In this document: positions 10,190 to 18,785 of the stretch, in pieces
Numbering within the stretch: the first letter of the stretch is position 1
Layout: each line of letters opens with the position of its first letter
Origin: a virus
Taxonomy: Duplodnaviria > Caudoviricetes
IMG/VR virus record: IMGVR_UViG_3300042320_001544
Location: 1-57,705 of that record
DNA length: 57,705 nt
Direction: 5' to 3' (one strand)
The notes under the pieces: generated by a model
The model's database searches: none
What the model was told of the DNA's origin: nothing
What the model saw: only the letters and a program-made list of their open reading frames with translations
Program-made: the position numbers and the translations under genes

Positions 10190-10801
10190 TTAAATGCGTA
10201 AAAAGGATGGCAGGCGCTCGGCTTTAATACTGTTACCTCGGCGCACCAAAACATTGTTGTACTCGGCTTCCTGATCCTGCGCGATTTGGTTCTTCCGGGC
10301 CGCAGCCGCTCCTTCCGCTGCTTGCATTTCAGCGCCTCGGGTGGCTGCCAGTCCTGTTTTGCGAGTCTGGTTTGCGCTGGCAATGTTGGACGCAGCCAGT
10401 CCACCCGCTGCTGACCCCAGCACCACCCTGCGCCGGCTAGCGGCTCGCCCAAATGAGCCCCCGCCGGCGGTGGAGGTTCGACTCTGCATCATGCGCTCCA
10501 CGCGCGCCGCGCTTTCTTTGCCGGCCGCAATGGCATCGTCGGACGCGCGCACATCTGAATCCGCCTCCGCCGCAGTGTATCGGCTGGCGATCTCTCCCCG
10601 TCGCTGCGCTAGGTTTGAGTCTTCGGCGTTGATCGCTTTTTCGTTGGCGCGCTTCTTGGCCGCCATGTCTTGCATCCAACTCGCGTTGACGTTGTAGCGC
10701 GGCACGGATGCATACTGGGCAGCCAGCGCGGCCGTCCTTGCATTGGCCTTTGCTATTTCCTTGTTGCGATCCTTCGGCTTGTGTTTTGTGCTTTTACTCA
10801 T
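10190..10801 (-). CDS. Ala/Gly/Arg-rich putative internal virion (ejection/pilot) protein
   Basis: 203 aa, low-complexity helical composition, lies next to the giant virion gene. Confidence 0.6.
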   Translation of the reverse strand: MSKSTKHKPKDRNKEIAKANARTAALAAQYASVPRYNVNASWMQDMAAKKRANEKAINAEDSNLAQRRGEIASRYTAAEADSDVRASDDAIAAGKESAARVERMMQSRTSTAGGGSFGRAASRRRVVLGSAAGGLAASNIASANQTRKTGLAATRGAEMQAAEGAAAARKNQIAQDQEAEYNNVLVRRGNSIKAERLPSFLRI

Positions 10802-10820
10802 GGCGGCTCAGGTGCAGGGT

Positions 10821-11081
10821 TTAATATTGTTGGCGGCGCGCTCGCAGCGCAAAACTCGCAGGACCGTTCCCGCGCTGAGGGCCTTGCTCCACGTCTTGAG
10901 GTTCGTAGATTTCCTCCCGATCTTCTTCTCCCTCTTTGAGGGTTTTCCGCCGGCGCTTGGCCTTGGCAGGGTCGGCTGCAAGCTGCCCCCTGGCGGCGCG
11001 CTCAATGCCTTTCATCGCACGCTCACTTTGTAGCGAGGCGATGTGGTTGGTTAACTGGGCCAGTCCGGTTGACATATTCAA
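10821..11081 (-). CDS. Hypothetical protein
   Basis: 86-aa ORF tiling between neighbours on the coding strand. Confidence 0.55.
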   Translation of the reverse strand: MNMSTGLAQLTNHIASLQSERAMKGIERAARGQLAADPAKAKRRRKTLKEGEEDREEIYEPQDVEQGPQRGNGPASFALRARRQQY

Positions 11082-11095
11082 AAAAGTTTTATGAA

Positions 11096-11806
11096 TTAGC
11101 GTCTGTTGCCACGGCTTGCGGCCGCAAACGTGCTGGACCCCACTTGGCGGCCTCTTCGAAACGCCATGCGCCCCTTGGTGGTGGAAATGGTGCCGTCCTG
11201 CATCGGCGCGCGACCTGTCTGAAGGGTTTCCTGATTGGCCGCACCTCCCATCTGTTCCTGCTCTAGCTCGGCCTGCCTCCGCCGGCGGAACTCGGCGGCT
11301 CCGCGCTCGGTTTGGACAGTCAGAAGGCCCTTGGTTGGACCTGGATTTTTTCCGTTTTCCAATGCGAATTTTCTTTGTTCTAACGCTTCGAGTTCAGTTT
11401 CAGCCCGACTCAAATTTTCTTTTGCATCAGCCAGTCTTCGCGTCTTATCTTCAAACGCAGCATTGCCGGGCTTGTTAAAACGTTCCTTCCAGTCTGCCTC
11501 CCGCTTTTCGGCATCATCTGCCTCTTTCTCAGCCGCCTGCTCTCCGCCAAACCCTTTGATCTTCTTTCGCTCCGCCGGCGCGCCCCTGCCCCTTCCTCCC
11601 CCACCTCCACCGCCACCACCTCGGGTTGGCGGTGCGGGATTGTCCAAATCCATGCCCATGTTATAGTTCAACTGCGCCTGCTGCCGCATCATGTTGATCT
11701 TCGCTAGCCGCGCTGGCGGGATGCTTGGTCCCCGTTGCTTCGCCCACAACTCTCGATCTCTGGCTTTCTGAGCGCTGCTTTTCTGGGTGAAATCGAGGTT
11801 TTGCAT
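11096..11806 (-). CDS. Coiled-coil/Gly-rich hypothetical protein, possible internal virion protein
   Basis: ATG at 11806 (MQNLDF); poly-Gly tract and charged heptad region. Confidence 0.65.
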   Translation of the reverse strand: MQNLDFTQKSSAQKARDRELWAKQRGPSIPPARLAKINMMRQQAQLNYNMGMDLDNPAPPTRGGGGGGGGGRGRGAPAERKKIKGFGGEQAAEKEADDAEKREADWKERFNKPGNAAFEDKTRRLADAKENLSRAETELEALEQRKFALENGKNPGPTKGLLTVQTERGAAEFRRRRQAELEQEQMGGAANQETLQTGRAPMQDGTISTTKGRMAFRRGRQVGSSTFAAASRGNRR

Positions 11807-11867
11807 GGCGAGTTCTGGGTGGGTTGGAGTCAATTATTCCGCACCCCCCCCAAAATGCAAGGACCAG

Positions 11868-14201
11868 TTAACTGCCCGAGTCGTGCACCCCGTCCGGGTC
11901 CGATTGGAGCCATTCGGTCGTGACGGACGGCACAGGCGCATCTTCCATCATTTCGGTAGCGGCTCCAATGTGGTGCACGGCCATAGCCGTCATTTGCACA
12001 AACTCATCATGGTGCCCTGGGGCAGGCTCCGGCAGCGCCTTGCCGACCTCAATGAGAAAACTCGCCTGATCAAAGAACTCTTGCGCTCCCACTTCAAGCG
12101 ACCTCTCGCGGACTCGGGCTCGGAGGCTGGCGTAGAGTTGCGCAAGGGTCAGGTCATTGAGCACATAACCCGGCTTGCGAGGGATTACTCCTCGGCTCAG
12201 CGTCCGGCGCTCGACCACTTCCTCTCGCATCCACACCGGGCCGGCGTCCTCTTGTTGCAAGAGCGTCACCAATCCGCTGGCGTCGTCAATGGCAGGGATG
12301 ACCAAGCAGCCCCCATACCACCGACTCATCTGGGCAATGTAATTAGCGAGTCGATCCATGTCCGGCGACAGGTCGGCCATCAGCGCACAACTCAGAATAG
12401 GCACCTGCGCATTGCGCCACACGCCCACCGCCGGCCGGACTCCAGGCACCGCCGCCAAGAGGTAACTCTGGCCAGCCAATGGCTTTTCCCAGACGCGCAA
12501 CCACCCGTCCGCCGCGTCGGTCTTGAGGTATTGGCCCTTGGTGATCTTTCCGACTTCGAGGCGCTGGACCCATTGCACAGCACGCGCGTGGTAAAAATCG
12601 AGCGCCGCAGTGTCAAAATAGCGGGCATACTCGACGGTGGGAATTTCTACCGAGTCCAATGAGATCAATCCGGCGCTCGCAGCTTCCGCCGTAACGCGGA
12701 TCGCATCGCACGGGTGAGAACTCCAATCGTGCAACGGCTCGTTCGTCTTTTCGTCCCGATGATACGCTTTCAGAGCTTTGATGCCATCGGCGCACGTCTC
12801 CGGGTCAAACTCGAAGTGAGGAAACAGGGTCAGCGTGCGGTTGATCCCCGGCTCAATATCCGCCGGCCTCGGGCACACCACCACGTTTTCCAGCCCATTA
12901 GCCACGAGGTCCGAGTGAAACGTGAGAGATCCCGGCCCGGTGCTGGCTGCATCGTGAGGCAGCAAATGCTTGGCGTAGGTGTAGCCCTTGCCGTGCATCC
13001 GCTCGACCCGTTCCCGAGTCGTGAGAATCAGCTTCATGTCCACGTCGATCCATCGGAGCCGCCCCCGAGCAATTTGGAAATACCAGCAAACAAGGTTCTG
13101 AGGTGCACCCAAGTCCCAGCTTGTGTACACAGGCAAGCGCGGGTCATACAATCCCGCCTGCATCCGTCCCTCAGCAAGCGCCACGGCCACGGCGTCCGCA
13201 TAAATGGCTCCCTCTACCGGCGCTTCCCAGCATTCGGATAACACCGTGGGATACTCTCGCTTCACCAGCAACCCAAGCCGGCGCTCGGTGGCGTCATACC
13301 ACAGCCTTTGCCCCACGGTGAACGAGAAATGCCGACCCAGCGCCTCGCTGATCGTCTTTTCCATTTCGTCCAGATAGGCCGCATTGCGCGGTTTCATGGA
13401 AGCCAGACTTCCGGGCGTCGTGTAACGCTTTTCGACCCACCACGGGAAAAAGCGGATAAACCAATCCGCCGGCGTTTTGTCGGCGTCTGCCTTGCTGAGC
13501 GCCATCTCGATGAAGGTCCACACATCCCCACCCTCTCCGCCCTTCCAAGTGGTTTCAATCACTCTGATATTCCCCTCGGCGGCCTCCATCCCCCCCGTGA
13601 GAATTTCCGTGGACCGCTTCGGCTCATCAAACTGGATGGTTCCCCACTCTGAAATCCACAAAAACGTCAGCGCATCACCTCGGCCCGATTTTTCAACTCG
13701 GAACCGGCTCCAAGTGTCGTCTTCTTCGCCATTTGTGGCCGCGTGCGCTGCCTCGGTGGGTAGCCTGACCGCAAACTCTTCACCAGTGAGCTTGTAATCC
13801 TCGACCGCCTCCCTCATCCCCGCCGGCAATCGATCCCAAGCCACACGGGCCATGTCGTTCATCTTTTTGGTGCCGTCGCCCTTGGTTTTGTCGATCAACG
13901 CGCACTTGGCTCCCGTCTGAAACAGGCAGAAATCCAGCCCGATGAGAAAGAGCAGCGTTGAAAACCCGATCTGCCTAGCTTTCGGAATGACGAGGTTTTT
14001 TAGCCCTAAAACGAACAAATCCCAAATAATGCGCCTTTGCTCAGGCTTCGGAACAAAGCGCACGGTCTTCTTGCCGGCCTTGTCAAAGATCCAGTAAATG
14101 TTGGCCAAACGCCACACCGGGTCAGCCATGGCTTCCAACGGCGGCCGGTCAAGCGCCGTGCGCTCAAGCCATTCCACGTCTGGCACCGGGTCTGGGATCA
14201 T
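11868..14201 (-). CDS. terL: Terminase large subunit with an extra C-terminal degenerate nuclease-like domain
   Basis: Walker A PKARQIGFST, Walker B-like LWISEWG, motif C IETT, REYP, nuclease SWDLG...PHDA...HDWSSHPCDA. Confidence 0.93.
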   Translation of the reverse strand: MIPDPVPDVEWLERTALDRPPLEAMADPVWRLANIYWIFDKAGKKTVRFVPKPEQRRIIWDLFVLGLKNLVIPKARQIGFSTLLFLIGLDFCLFQTGAKCALIDKTKGDGTKKMNDMARVAWDRLPAGMREAVEDYKLTGEEFAVRLPTEAAHAATNGEEDDTWSRFRVEKSGRGDALTFLWISEWGTIQFDEPKRSTEILTGGMEAAEGNIRVIETTWKGGEGGDVWTFIEMALSKADADKTPADWFIRFFPWWVEKRYTTPGSLASMKPRNAAYLDEMEKTISEALGRHFSFTVGQRLWYDATERRLGLLVKREYPTVLSECWEAPVEGAIYADAVAVALAEGRMQAGLYDPRLPVYTSWDLGAPQNLVCWYFQIARGRLRWIDVDMKLILTTRERVERMHGKGYTYAKHLLPHDAASTGPGSLTFHSDLVANGLENVVVCPRPADIEPGINRTLTLFPHFEFDPETCADGIKALKAYHRDEKTNEPLHDWSSHPCDAIRVTAEAASAGLISLDSVEIPTVEYARYFDTAALDFYHARAVQWVQRLEVGKITKGQYLKTDAADGWLRVWEKPLAGQSYLLAAVPGVRPAVGVWRNAQVPILSCALMADLSPDMDRLANYIAQMSRWYGGCLVIPAIDDASGLVTLLQQEDAGPVWMREEVVERRTLSRGVIPRKPGYVLNDLTLAQLYASLRARVRERSLEVGAQEFFDQASFLIEVGKALPEPAPGHHDEFVQMTAMAVHHIGAATEMMEDAPVPSVTTEWLQSDPDGVHDSGS

Positions 14202-14425
14202 GGTTTAACCTTCACCTCTGCGTCCATGTCCATGACCTCGATGTTTAAAAACGCGGCTCGATACCACGGCATTTCGATGCCGCGCGTGTGCCGAATCCAA
14301 TCCGATTTTGCCGCGCCCTCAAGGTAAATCGACGGAACGGTTAACAATGCGATGAACATCACAAAAGCAGCCATGACGCCGCCGGTAATGAGCATCAATT
14401 CCTTAATGATTATCAATCCCTTCAT
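14198..14425 (-). CDS. Small membrane protein
   Basis: 75 aa with one hydrophobic helix; ATGA overlap with terL. Confidence 0.65.
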   Translation of the reverse strand: MKGLIIIKELMLITGGVMAAFVMFIALLTVPSIYLEGAAKSDWIRHTRGIEMPWYRAAFLNIEVMDMDAEVKVKP

Positions 14426-14472
14426 TCTATTTTATGGGTTGGGGGTTTATTCAAAAAGTCGGTTTCCCAGGC

Positions 14473-15105
14473 TCAATACGCCCATTTCGCGTCGCCTAAA
14501 ATTTCAGTGGAATCACCCCACCATTGATCCCACTGCTCGTTGGTCGCGACCTCCCAGTTCGGGATCGCGGCCACGGCGTCTTTGCCAGTCAATGACAACG
14601 GCATCCACTTGATGCGATTGTTCGGATACACTCCAATTTGCCCATTGGAAAGGCGCAGAACATTGCCTTCCTTATGCTCTTGGAGCAATTCTGAGTCGCC
14701 CACATCGACCAGCCCCTGCGCCTGCCCCTCGGGGCAAAAATCGATGGTGAACCAGTAGTGCCCGGTCATTGGCGGCTGCCCTCGCCCCATGTTGATTAAC
14801 ACCGGCACGTCGGACAATTGGTCCTTGCGCCACATTTCAATCGAGCCGCTCAGGCACTCCCACATCTGCACCCGATGCAACGGGAGGGGCGCGTGGTTGT
14901 CCTCGGGAACACTCCAATACACACAGTGCGGAGGGATTTTGTCAAAACACGCCGCGACCCGCTCGACCCATGCCTGGAAACACAGCGGTCGGTTGCGCAT
15001 GGCCCTCACCGACACTAACCACGCAGGTTCCCATTCGGTTTCTGATCCCCCAAAGGCGTCGCAACGGACAAATATTTTTGATTTTGGTAGATTGATGTTT
15101 CTCAT
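14473..15105 (-). CDS. Conserved-type phage hypothetical protein
   Basis: 210 aa; YWFTID...EHK..N.L.L.NGQ...YPNNR pattern that I recall from aquatic phage proteins of unknown function. Confidence 0.7.
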   Translation of the reverse strand: MRNINLPKSKIFVRCDAFGGSETEWEPAWLVSVRAMRNRPLCFQAWVERVAACFDKIPPHCVYWSVPEDNHAPLPLHRVQMWECLSGSIEMWRKDQLSDVPVLINMGRGQPPMTGHYWFTIDFCPEGQAQGLVDVGDSELLQEHKEGNVLRLSNGQIGVYPNNRIKWMPLSLTGKDAVAAIPNWEVATNEQWDQWWGDSTEILGDAKWAY

Positions 15106-15121
15106 AAAGATAAAGGACCGA

Positions 15122-15793
15122 TCACGCGCGGCCTAGGCGGATGCTGGCCCACATGGCCGCGATGTCGCCCAACGTCTGGGGCCCCAGCTCCACTTCCTGG
15201 CGTTCAAAGTTCAGCCATTTGCCCAGCAATTGCCAGCGATCCAGCAGCGCCGTCATTTTGTATTTCGGGCCAAACATGGTCTGCGATGTCTCGGAGCAGA
15301 GCAACAGAGCCCGCCGTTCGGTGGCCGTCAGGTTGGCCTCAGTGCCTTCGGTCTGCGCCTTCTCCACCGCACGCGCCACGGCCGTGATCGGGATGTCCAT
15401 GGTGTCCAGTAACGCCAGCACAGCGTCTGTTTTCTTGATCACGCTCCGCTCCTGCACTTTGGCAGTAACCGTGCCGCGTAGAAATTCGACGCGGACCTTA
15501 ACCGTTTTTAACAGCCGACTCGTGGCAGCCGCCACCGATTGCACATTCTTTCCCGCGCCAAAAATCTCAGCGTACGCTTTGACCGGACCCTGATCTTCAA
15601 GCGCCACGGCTCGAGCAAACGACTCGTGCTTGCCATTCACCAACGCCACCGATCCCGGCGGTGGTGCCGTCTTGGTCTGGTTGGCTGGCCGCACAGGCTT
15701 CCCCTTCACGGCCTTCACGGGTTTCACCGGCTTCCCCTTGGGTTTAGCCTTGGCCGTCTTTTGTTTGGTTTTGATGGATCCCTTTTTCATCAT
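15122..15793 (-). CDS. terS: Probable terminase small subunit
   Basis: KHESFARAVA...KAYAEIFG...AAATSRLLK..KVRVEFLR HTH-plus-helix pattern typical of TerS; upstream of terL; Lys-rich N-terminus; start uncertain (15793 or 15808). Confidence 0.65.
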   Translation of the reverse strand: MMKKGSIKTKQKTAKAKPKGKPVKPVKAVKGKPVRPANQTKTAPPPGSVALVNGKHESFARAVALEDQGPVKAYAEIFGAGKNVQSVAAATSRLLKTVKVRVEFLRGTVTAKVQERSVIKKTDAVLALLDTMDIPITAVARAVEKAQTEGTEANLTATERRALLLCSETSQTMFGPKYKMTALLDRWQLLGKWLNFERQEVELGPQTLGDIAAMWASIRLGRA

Positions 15794-15823
15794 GCGACTC
15801 CGCCCCATGTTGGTTGGAGTCAA

Positions 15824-16180
15824 TTATTCGCCAGCGCGGGGGCTTTTGCAAGCCTGCCCTTCTTTGGCGGCCCGTTCCTCAATCATGTCCCGGTGCCGAT
15901 CCACATAATCGATCACCGGTGCCCATTCTTTGCTCTTTCGCGACCACGCTTGCTCCATCACCCACAGCAGATAGGTCGCCGGCACCCGCTCCATGGTTTT
16001 CAGCCGGTGCAATTTCCCAACCGGAAAAAAACTCTGATGATGGAGCACCCCCCGAGTCACCCGGCTGTAATGCGCTCGGCCTGCATCGCGCGCTTCCTGC
16101 AACGGATCCGCTGGCGCAGTGTTCCAAAAATGGTGCTTTCGCCGGTCTTCGTGATCAAAAATCTCAACACCGTGATTCAT
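15824..16180 (-). CDS. DUF3820/ExoX C-terminal-like small domain protein
   Basis: FPVGK....TMERVPATYLLWV resembles the PFGK..G..I..VP..YL.W motif. Confidence 0.55.
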   Translation of the reverse strand: MNHGVEIFDHEDRRKHHFWNTAPADPLQEARDAGRAHYSRVTRGVLHHQSFFPVGKLHRLKTMERVPATYLLWVMEQAWSRKSKEWAPVIDYVDRHRDMIEERAAKEGQACKSPRAGE

Positions 16181-16240
16181 GGTCCCATTTTACCCCAATG
16201 TAGGTTTACGCGCACCGGCGCGTGATATTTAGTCGATTTG

Positions 16241-16516
16241 TTAATGATCCGTACTGTTCGCCTCAAAGAGACGCGGCGGGTTTGGCGATAGTTCCACCAG
16301 TCGGATTAGCTCGTTCTGGAGGCGGTATCGTTCCGCGAGTTGGCGGGCTGCAATGATGCGGTAGATGTCGCGCTGATCCATTTCGGAATGCTCCCCGAAG
16401 TGTTGCCAGTTAGCCCACATGGGATCGTTGCGCAGCGCCCATTGCTCGACAGCGGCAATGTCCGCAGTGAGATTTTCATTGTTTTGACTGATTTGAGGTG
16501 GTGTCGGTAGTTGCAT
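16241..16516 (-). CDS. Hypothetical protein (cassette 1 gene)
   Basis: 91 aa between attC-like sites; ends EANSTDH across the R' core. Confidence 0.7.
   Translation of the reverse strand: MQLPTPPQISQNNENLTADIAAVEQWALRNDPMWANWQHFGEHSEMDQRDIYRIIAARQLAERYRLQNELIRLVELSPNPPRLFEANSTDH
16244..16262 (+). mobile_element. attC-like right half-site (L'-spacer-R')
   Basis: atgatcc-gtact-gttcgcc, similar to the right arm of the attC at 16922-16940; no left arm found. Confidence 0.55.
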
Positions 16517-16520
16517 AAAA

Positions 16521-16623
16521 GGCGAACAAGGTTGGTGCTGGCAACCCCTGCCAGCGGGTTAGTCGATACTGTTATCGTTGCTCCTGCGGCGCTGGCTGGG
16601 TTGCCAGACCACCGACGTTCGCC
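16521..16623 (+). mobile_element. attC-like recombination site 1
   Basis: R'' ggcgaac, 5 nt, L'' tggtGctg ... L' cagacca, 5 nt, R' gttcgcc; long imperfect inverted repeat with an extrahelical G. Confidence 0.8.
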
Positions 16624-16898
16624 CAGTCGTTCCAGTCTTTGATTGCACTCATCATTGCGGCGTCGCTTTGACTGTCCGTCCAACCGTAGGGATGATTGTC
16701 GGCAGCCCCACCGTGCCCAAACGGGCAGATTTTTCGATAGGCGTCGCCAATGAGTTGTGAATCCTGAATTGGTCTCGCCCCGCAAAACGGACACGCCAGA
16801 AGGGCAAACAAATCGGATGCAGGCCGACCATCTGGGGCTGGCTGTCTTATGCCGGATTCTGGCGCTCCGGCGGGCGCGGTTTCAAGTGCGGTGTCCAT
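16572..16898 (-). CDS. Lar-like (restriction alleviation family) zinc-ribbon protein (cassette 2 gene)
   Basis: LLACPFCG...ICPFGH...AIKDWN. Confidence 0.6.
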   Translation of the reverse strand: MDTALETAPAGAPESGIRQPAPDGRPASDLFALLACPFCGARPIQDSQLIGDAYRKICPFGHGGAADNHPYGWTDSQSDAAMMSAIKDWNDWANVGGLATQPAPQEQR

Positions 16899-16940
16899 AG
16901 TGGTTATGCCCCAGAGGTCGGCTGATCCTTTGCGTTAGGG
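16803..16940 (+). mobile_element. attC-like recombination site 2
   Basis: R'' ggcaaac, aaatc, L'' ggatGcag, gccgacc ... ggtcgg, L' ctgatcc, tttgc, R' gttaggg. Confidence 0.82.
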
Positions 16941-17458
16941 CACTTCTCCAGTATCACGAGTTTGTTCCATTTCGTGATGCCACAGACTCGCCATCCCGCC
17001 TTTTTGTAGCACGCGCCGGGGTTCGTGCTGCGGATGCCCGTTGGCTTGACGTAAGTGTAAAGGCGTTCTCCCGGCCACCGCTTCCACGCCAACTCCTCAG
17101 CGTCCAGGATGAGCAGGCTTGAGAGTGTGATTCCCTCGTTGCGGAAGATCGCGTTATTGATTCCTTGCTGGCCGGATGCGTCCTTGAACTTGCGCCAACA
17201 CCAGATCGCGTCTCCGGCCTCCGTGATAAGCACCATCTTTTCCCCCGGTCCCACGAACAGTTTTGGCTTTCTCCCGTCCTTGTAGTGATAACGCGAATAG
17301 TGCCGATCATAAATCTCCCTCGCTCCGTCGTCTCCATCACGGCACTCGTGCCAGTGGCGTCCCAACTGCCTGCGACCAACGCCGTGCCCTAACAATGCGC
17401 TGATGCCAAGCGCCGGAAACGCTTGGTCAGATTGCAGGGCTGGAGACGGCGCTGGCAT
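16904..17458 (-). CDS. Mom-like GNAT-fold DNA modification protein (cassette 3 gene)
   Basis: DRHYSR...FRNE..LSS.LI..A...AW..WP.ERLYTYV....I.S.NPGACYKKAGW...G.TK; GxxYxxAGW is characteristic of Mom-related GNATs. Confidence 0.6.
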   Translation of the reverse strand: MPAPSPALQSDQAFPALGISALLGHGVGRRQLGRHWHECRDGDDGAREIYDRHYSRYHYKDGRKPKLFVGPGEKMVLITEAGDAIWCWRKFKDASGQQGINNAIFRNEGITLSSLLILDAEELAWKRWPGERLYTYVKPTGIRSTNPGACYKKAGWRVCGITKWNKLVILEKCPNAKDQPTSGA

Positions 17459-17475
17459 AGCTTCAATCGTTGGTG
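17387..17475 (+). mobile_element. attC-like recombination site 3
   Basis: R'' ccctaac, aatgc, L'' gctGatgc, caAgcgccg ... cggcgctg, L' gcatagc, ttcaatc, R' gttggtg; two extrahelical bases. Confidence 0.82.
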
Positions 17476-17477
17476 TG

Positions 17478-18458
17478 TTAAGCCGCCTCCCCCTTCATCT
17501 TTTGCCAATCCCTCAGTCGTTCCTCCGCCGTGCGGGTATCGGTGGAGTCAGGTGGAGGTGCAGCAGGGGTGGCCGTGCGTTTGGGTTTTGGCGGATCGGT
17601 GCGCCAAATTTGGCGTGCGCGCTCGGTGTACGCGCTGAGTTGGTCCAGAAAGACACTGCGCTTGGCGCTGATTCGGGTTTCCTCCGGGAACCGAGCTTGA
17701 TTCGCTGGCCGGCTGCACCATTCAAAAAAATGGCCCCACTGGTGCCATTGAGCATTGTCACAGCCATCAAGGGTGCCGTGGGCTTGCAACAGCGCGTGCC
17801 GATCATCACAGCTCCAATGTTGCACCTTCCCCCAGCTTGCCGGCCTCAGTGCATCGATGCGTTTCATCAGCGCCTCCAGTTGTTGCGTGCGCGGCGGCTC
17901 GTTGTCGGGCTCAGCGATGCCGGGCACCTGATCGGTGTATTCGGTCTTGGGAGCAGTGGCAGGCGGCACCGGCGGCGCGGTTACAGGGCGTTGTTGGCGT
18001 TGGGCTCGCGTGCGCTGGGCCGCCTTGCTGCGAGGGTTTCCGGGTCTTCCGCGCCGCGCGCGCCCTTTGCTGAGCCGATTGTAGCGCAGGTAATCAGGGA
18101 AGAGCAGCGTGCGCTCTTTGGCATCGCGCACCACCCAACCCACTTCCTCCATCGCGGCTTGGATGCCTGGCATGTCGGCTACCATGTCGAGGTAATTGTC
18201 CCCACCGATCCCGGAAAGGATGGCGTCGAGGCTATCCTCGGCCACCTCGTCGGCGTGCTCGTTCACCACGGCAAACACGCGACTCAACGCGCTGCACGTC
18301 ACATGCCGCATCAAGTTCTGAAAACTGACCGCCCCTGAAAAACCGGGCAGGGTTTCAAAACCGCGGCTCAGCAGTTCCGCCATGCGGTGCACCTTCGGCT
18401 TTGTCCAAAAGCGCTCGGTGAAAATGATCCAATTCCCAATGCCCGTCTTTTTGCTCAT
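17478..18458 (-). CDS. Putative replication initiator/replisome organiser
   Basis: N-terminal WI....FW.KPKV..MA.LL and L.FPDY..YN pattern, basic/Pro-rich linker and C-terminal domain, as in phage replication initiators. Confidence 0.55.
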   Translation of the reverse strand: MSKKTGIGNWIIFTERFWTKPKVHRMAELLSRGFETLPGFSGAVSFQNLMRHVTCSALSRVFAVVNEHADEVAEDSLDAILSGIGGDNYLDMVADMPGIQAAMEEVGWVVRDAKERTLLFPDYLRYNRLSKGRARRGRPGNPRSKAAQRTRAQRQQRPVTAPPVPPATAPKTEYTDQVPGIAEPDNEPPRTQQLEALMKRIDALRPASWGKVQHWSCDDRHALLQAHGTLDGCDNAQWHQWGHFFEWCSRPANQARFPEETRISAKRSVFLDQLSAYTERARQIWRTDPPKPKRTATPAAPPPDSTDTRTAEERLRDWQKMKGEAA

Positions 18459-18461
18459 TGC

Positions 18462-18785
18462 TTAATGGGTTTGCAGTTCTCGGGTTTCAAAGAGGTCGGC
18501 GAGATCGTCCTCGCGACCCATGATCAGGCGCGCATAGCGGCTTGTGTAATTGTTGTTGAGCCGGAAACCGTCCTCACTGTCGATGGTCACCCCAAAATTA
18601 TATCTCAGGACTTCCCACAGCATCTTGATGGAGCAGTGCGCTTTCCCGCTGTCCTTCCACCGGCGTGCCATCCGCACCAGCTCGTCGTACACATACGGGT
18701 GCTGATAATGATAGCGGAGGAACGCATCACTGGCCGAATTAGCGGTGGGCAGTTCAAGTTGTTCGTCGTTTGGCTGCGTTCTCAT
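18462..18785 (-). CDS. Conserved phage protein of unknown function
   Basis: F..YH..HP.VY..L...A...SIK.LWE.LR...FRLNNNYTSRYARL.M....L..LFETR. Confidence 0.75.
   Translation of the reverse strand: MRTQPNDEQLELPTANSASDAFLRYHYQHPYVYDELVRMARRWKDSGKAHCSIKMLWEVLRYNFGVTIDSEDGFRLNNNYTSRYARLIMGREDDLADLFETRELQTH

Noticed and set aside
14336-14445. Additional attC site (ggttaac-aatgc-gatgaac)
   Set aside because: Resembles a left arm but no matching L'/R' arm follows; lies in a TM-coding stretch
16241-17475. CRISPR array or plain terminators as the explanation for the hairpins
   Set aside because: The hairpins differ in sequence, are separated by gene-sized segments, lack U tracts and show R/L box geometry
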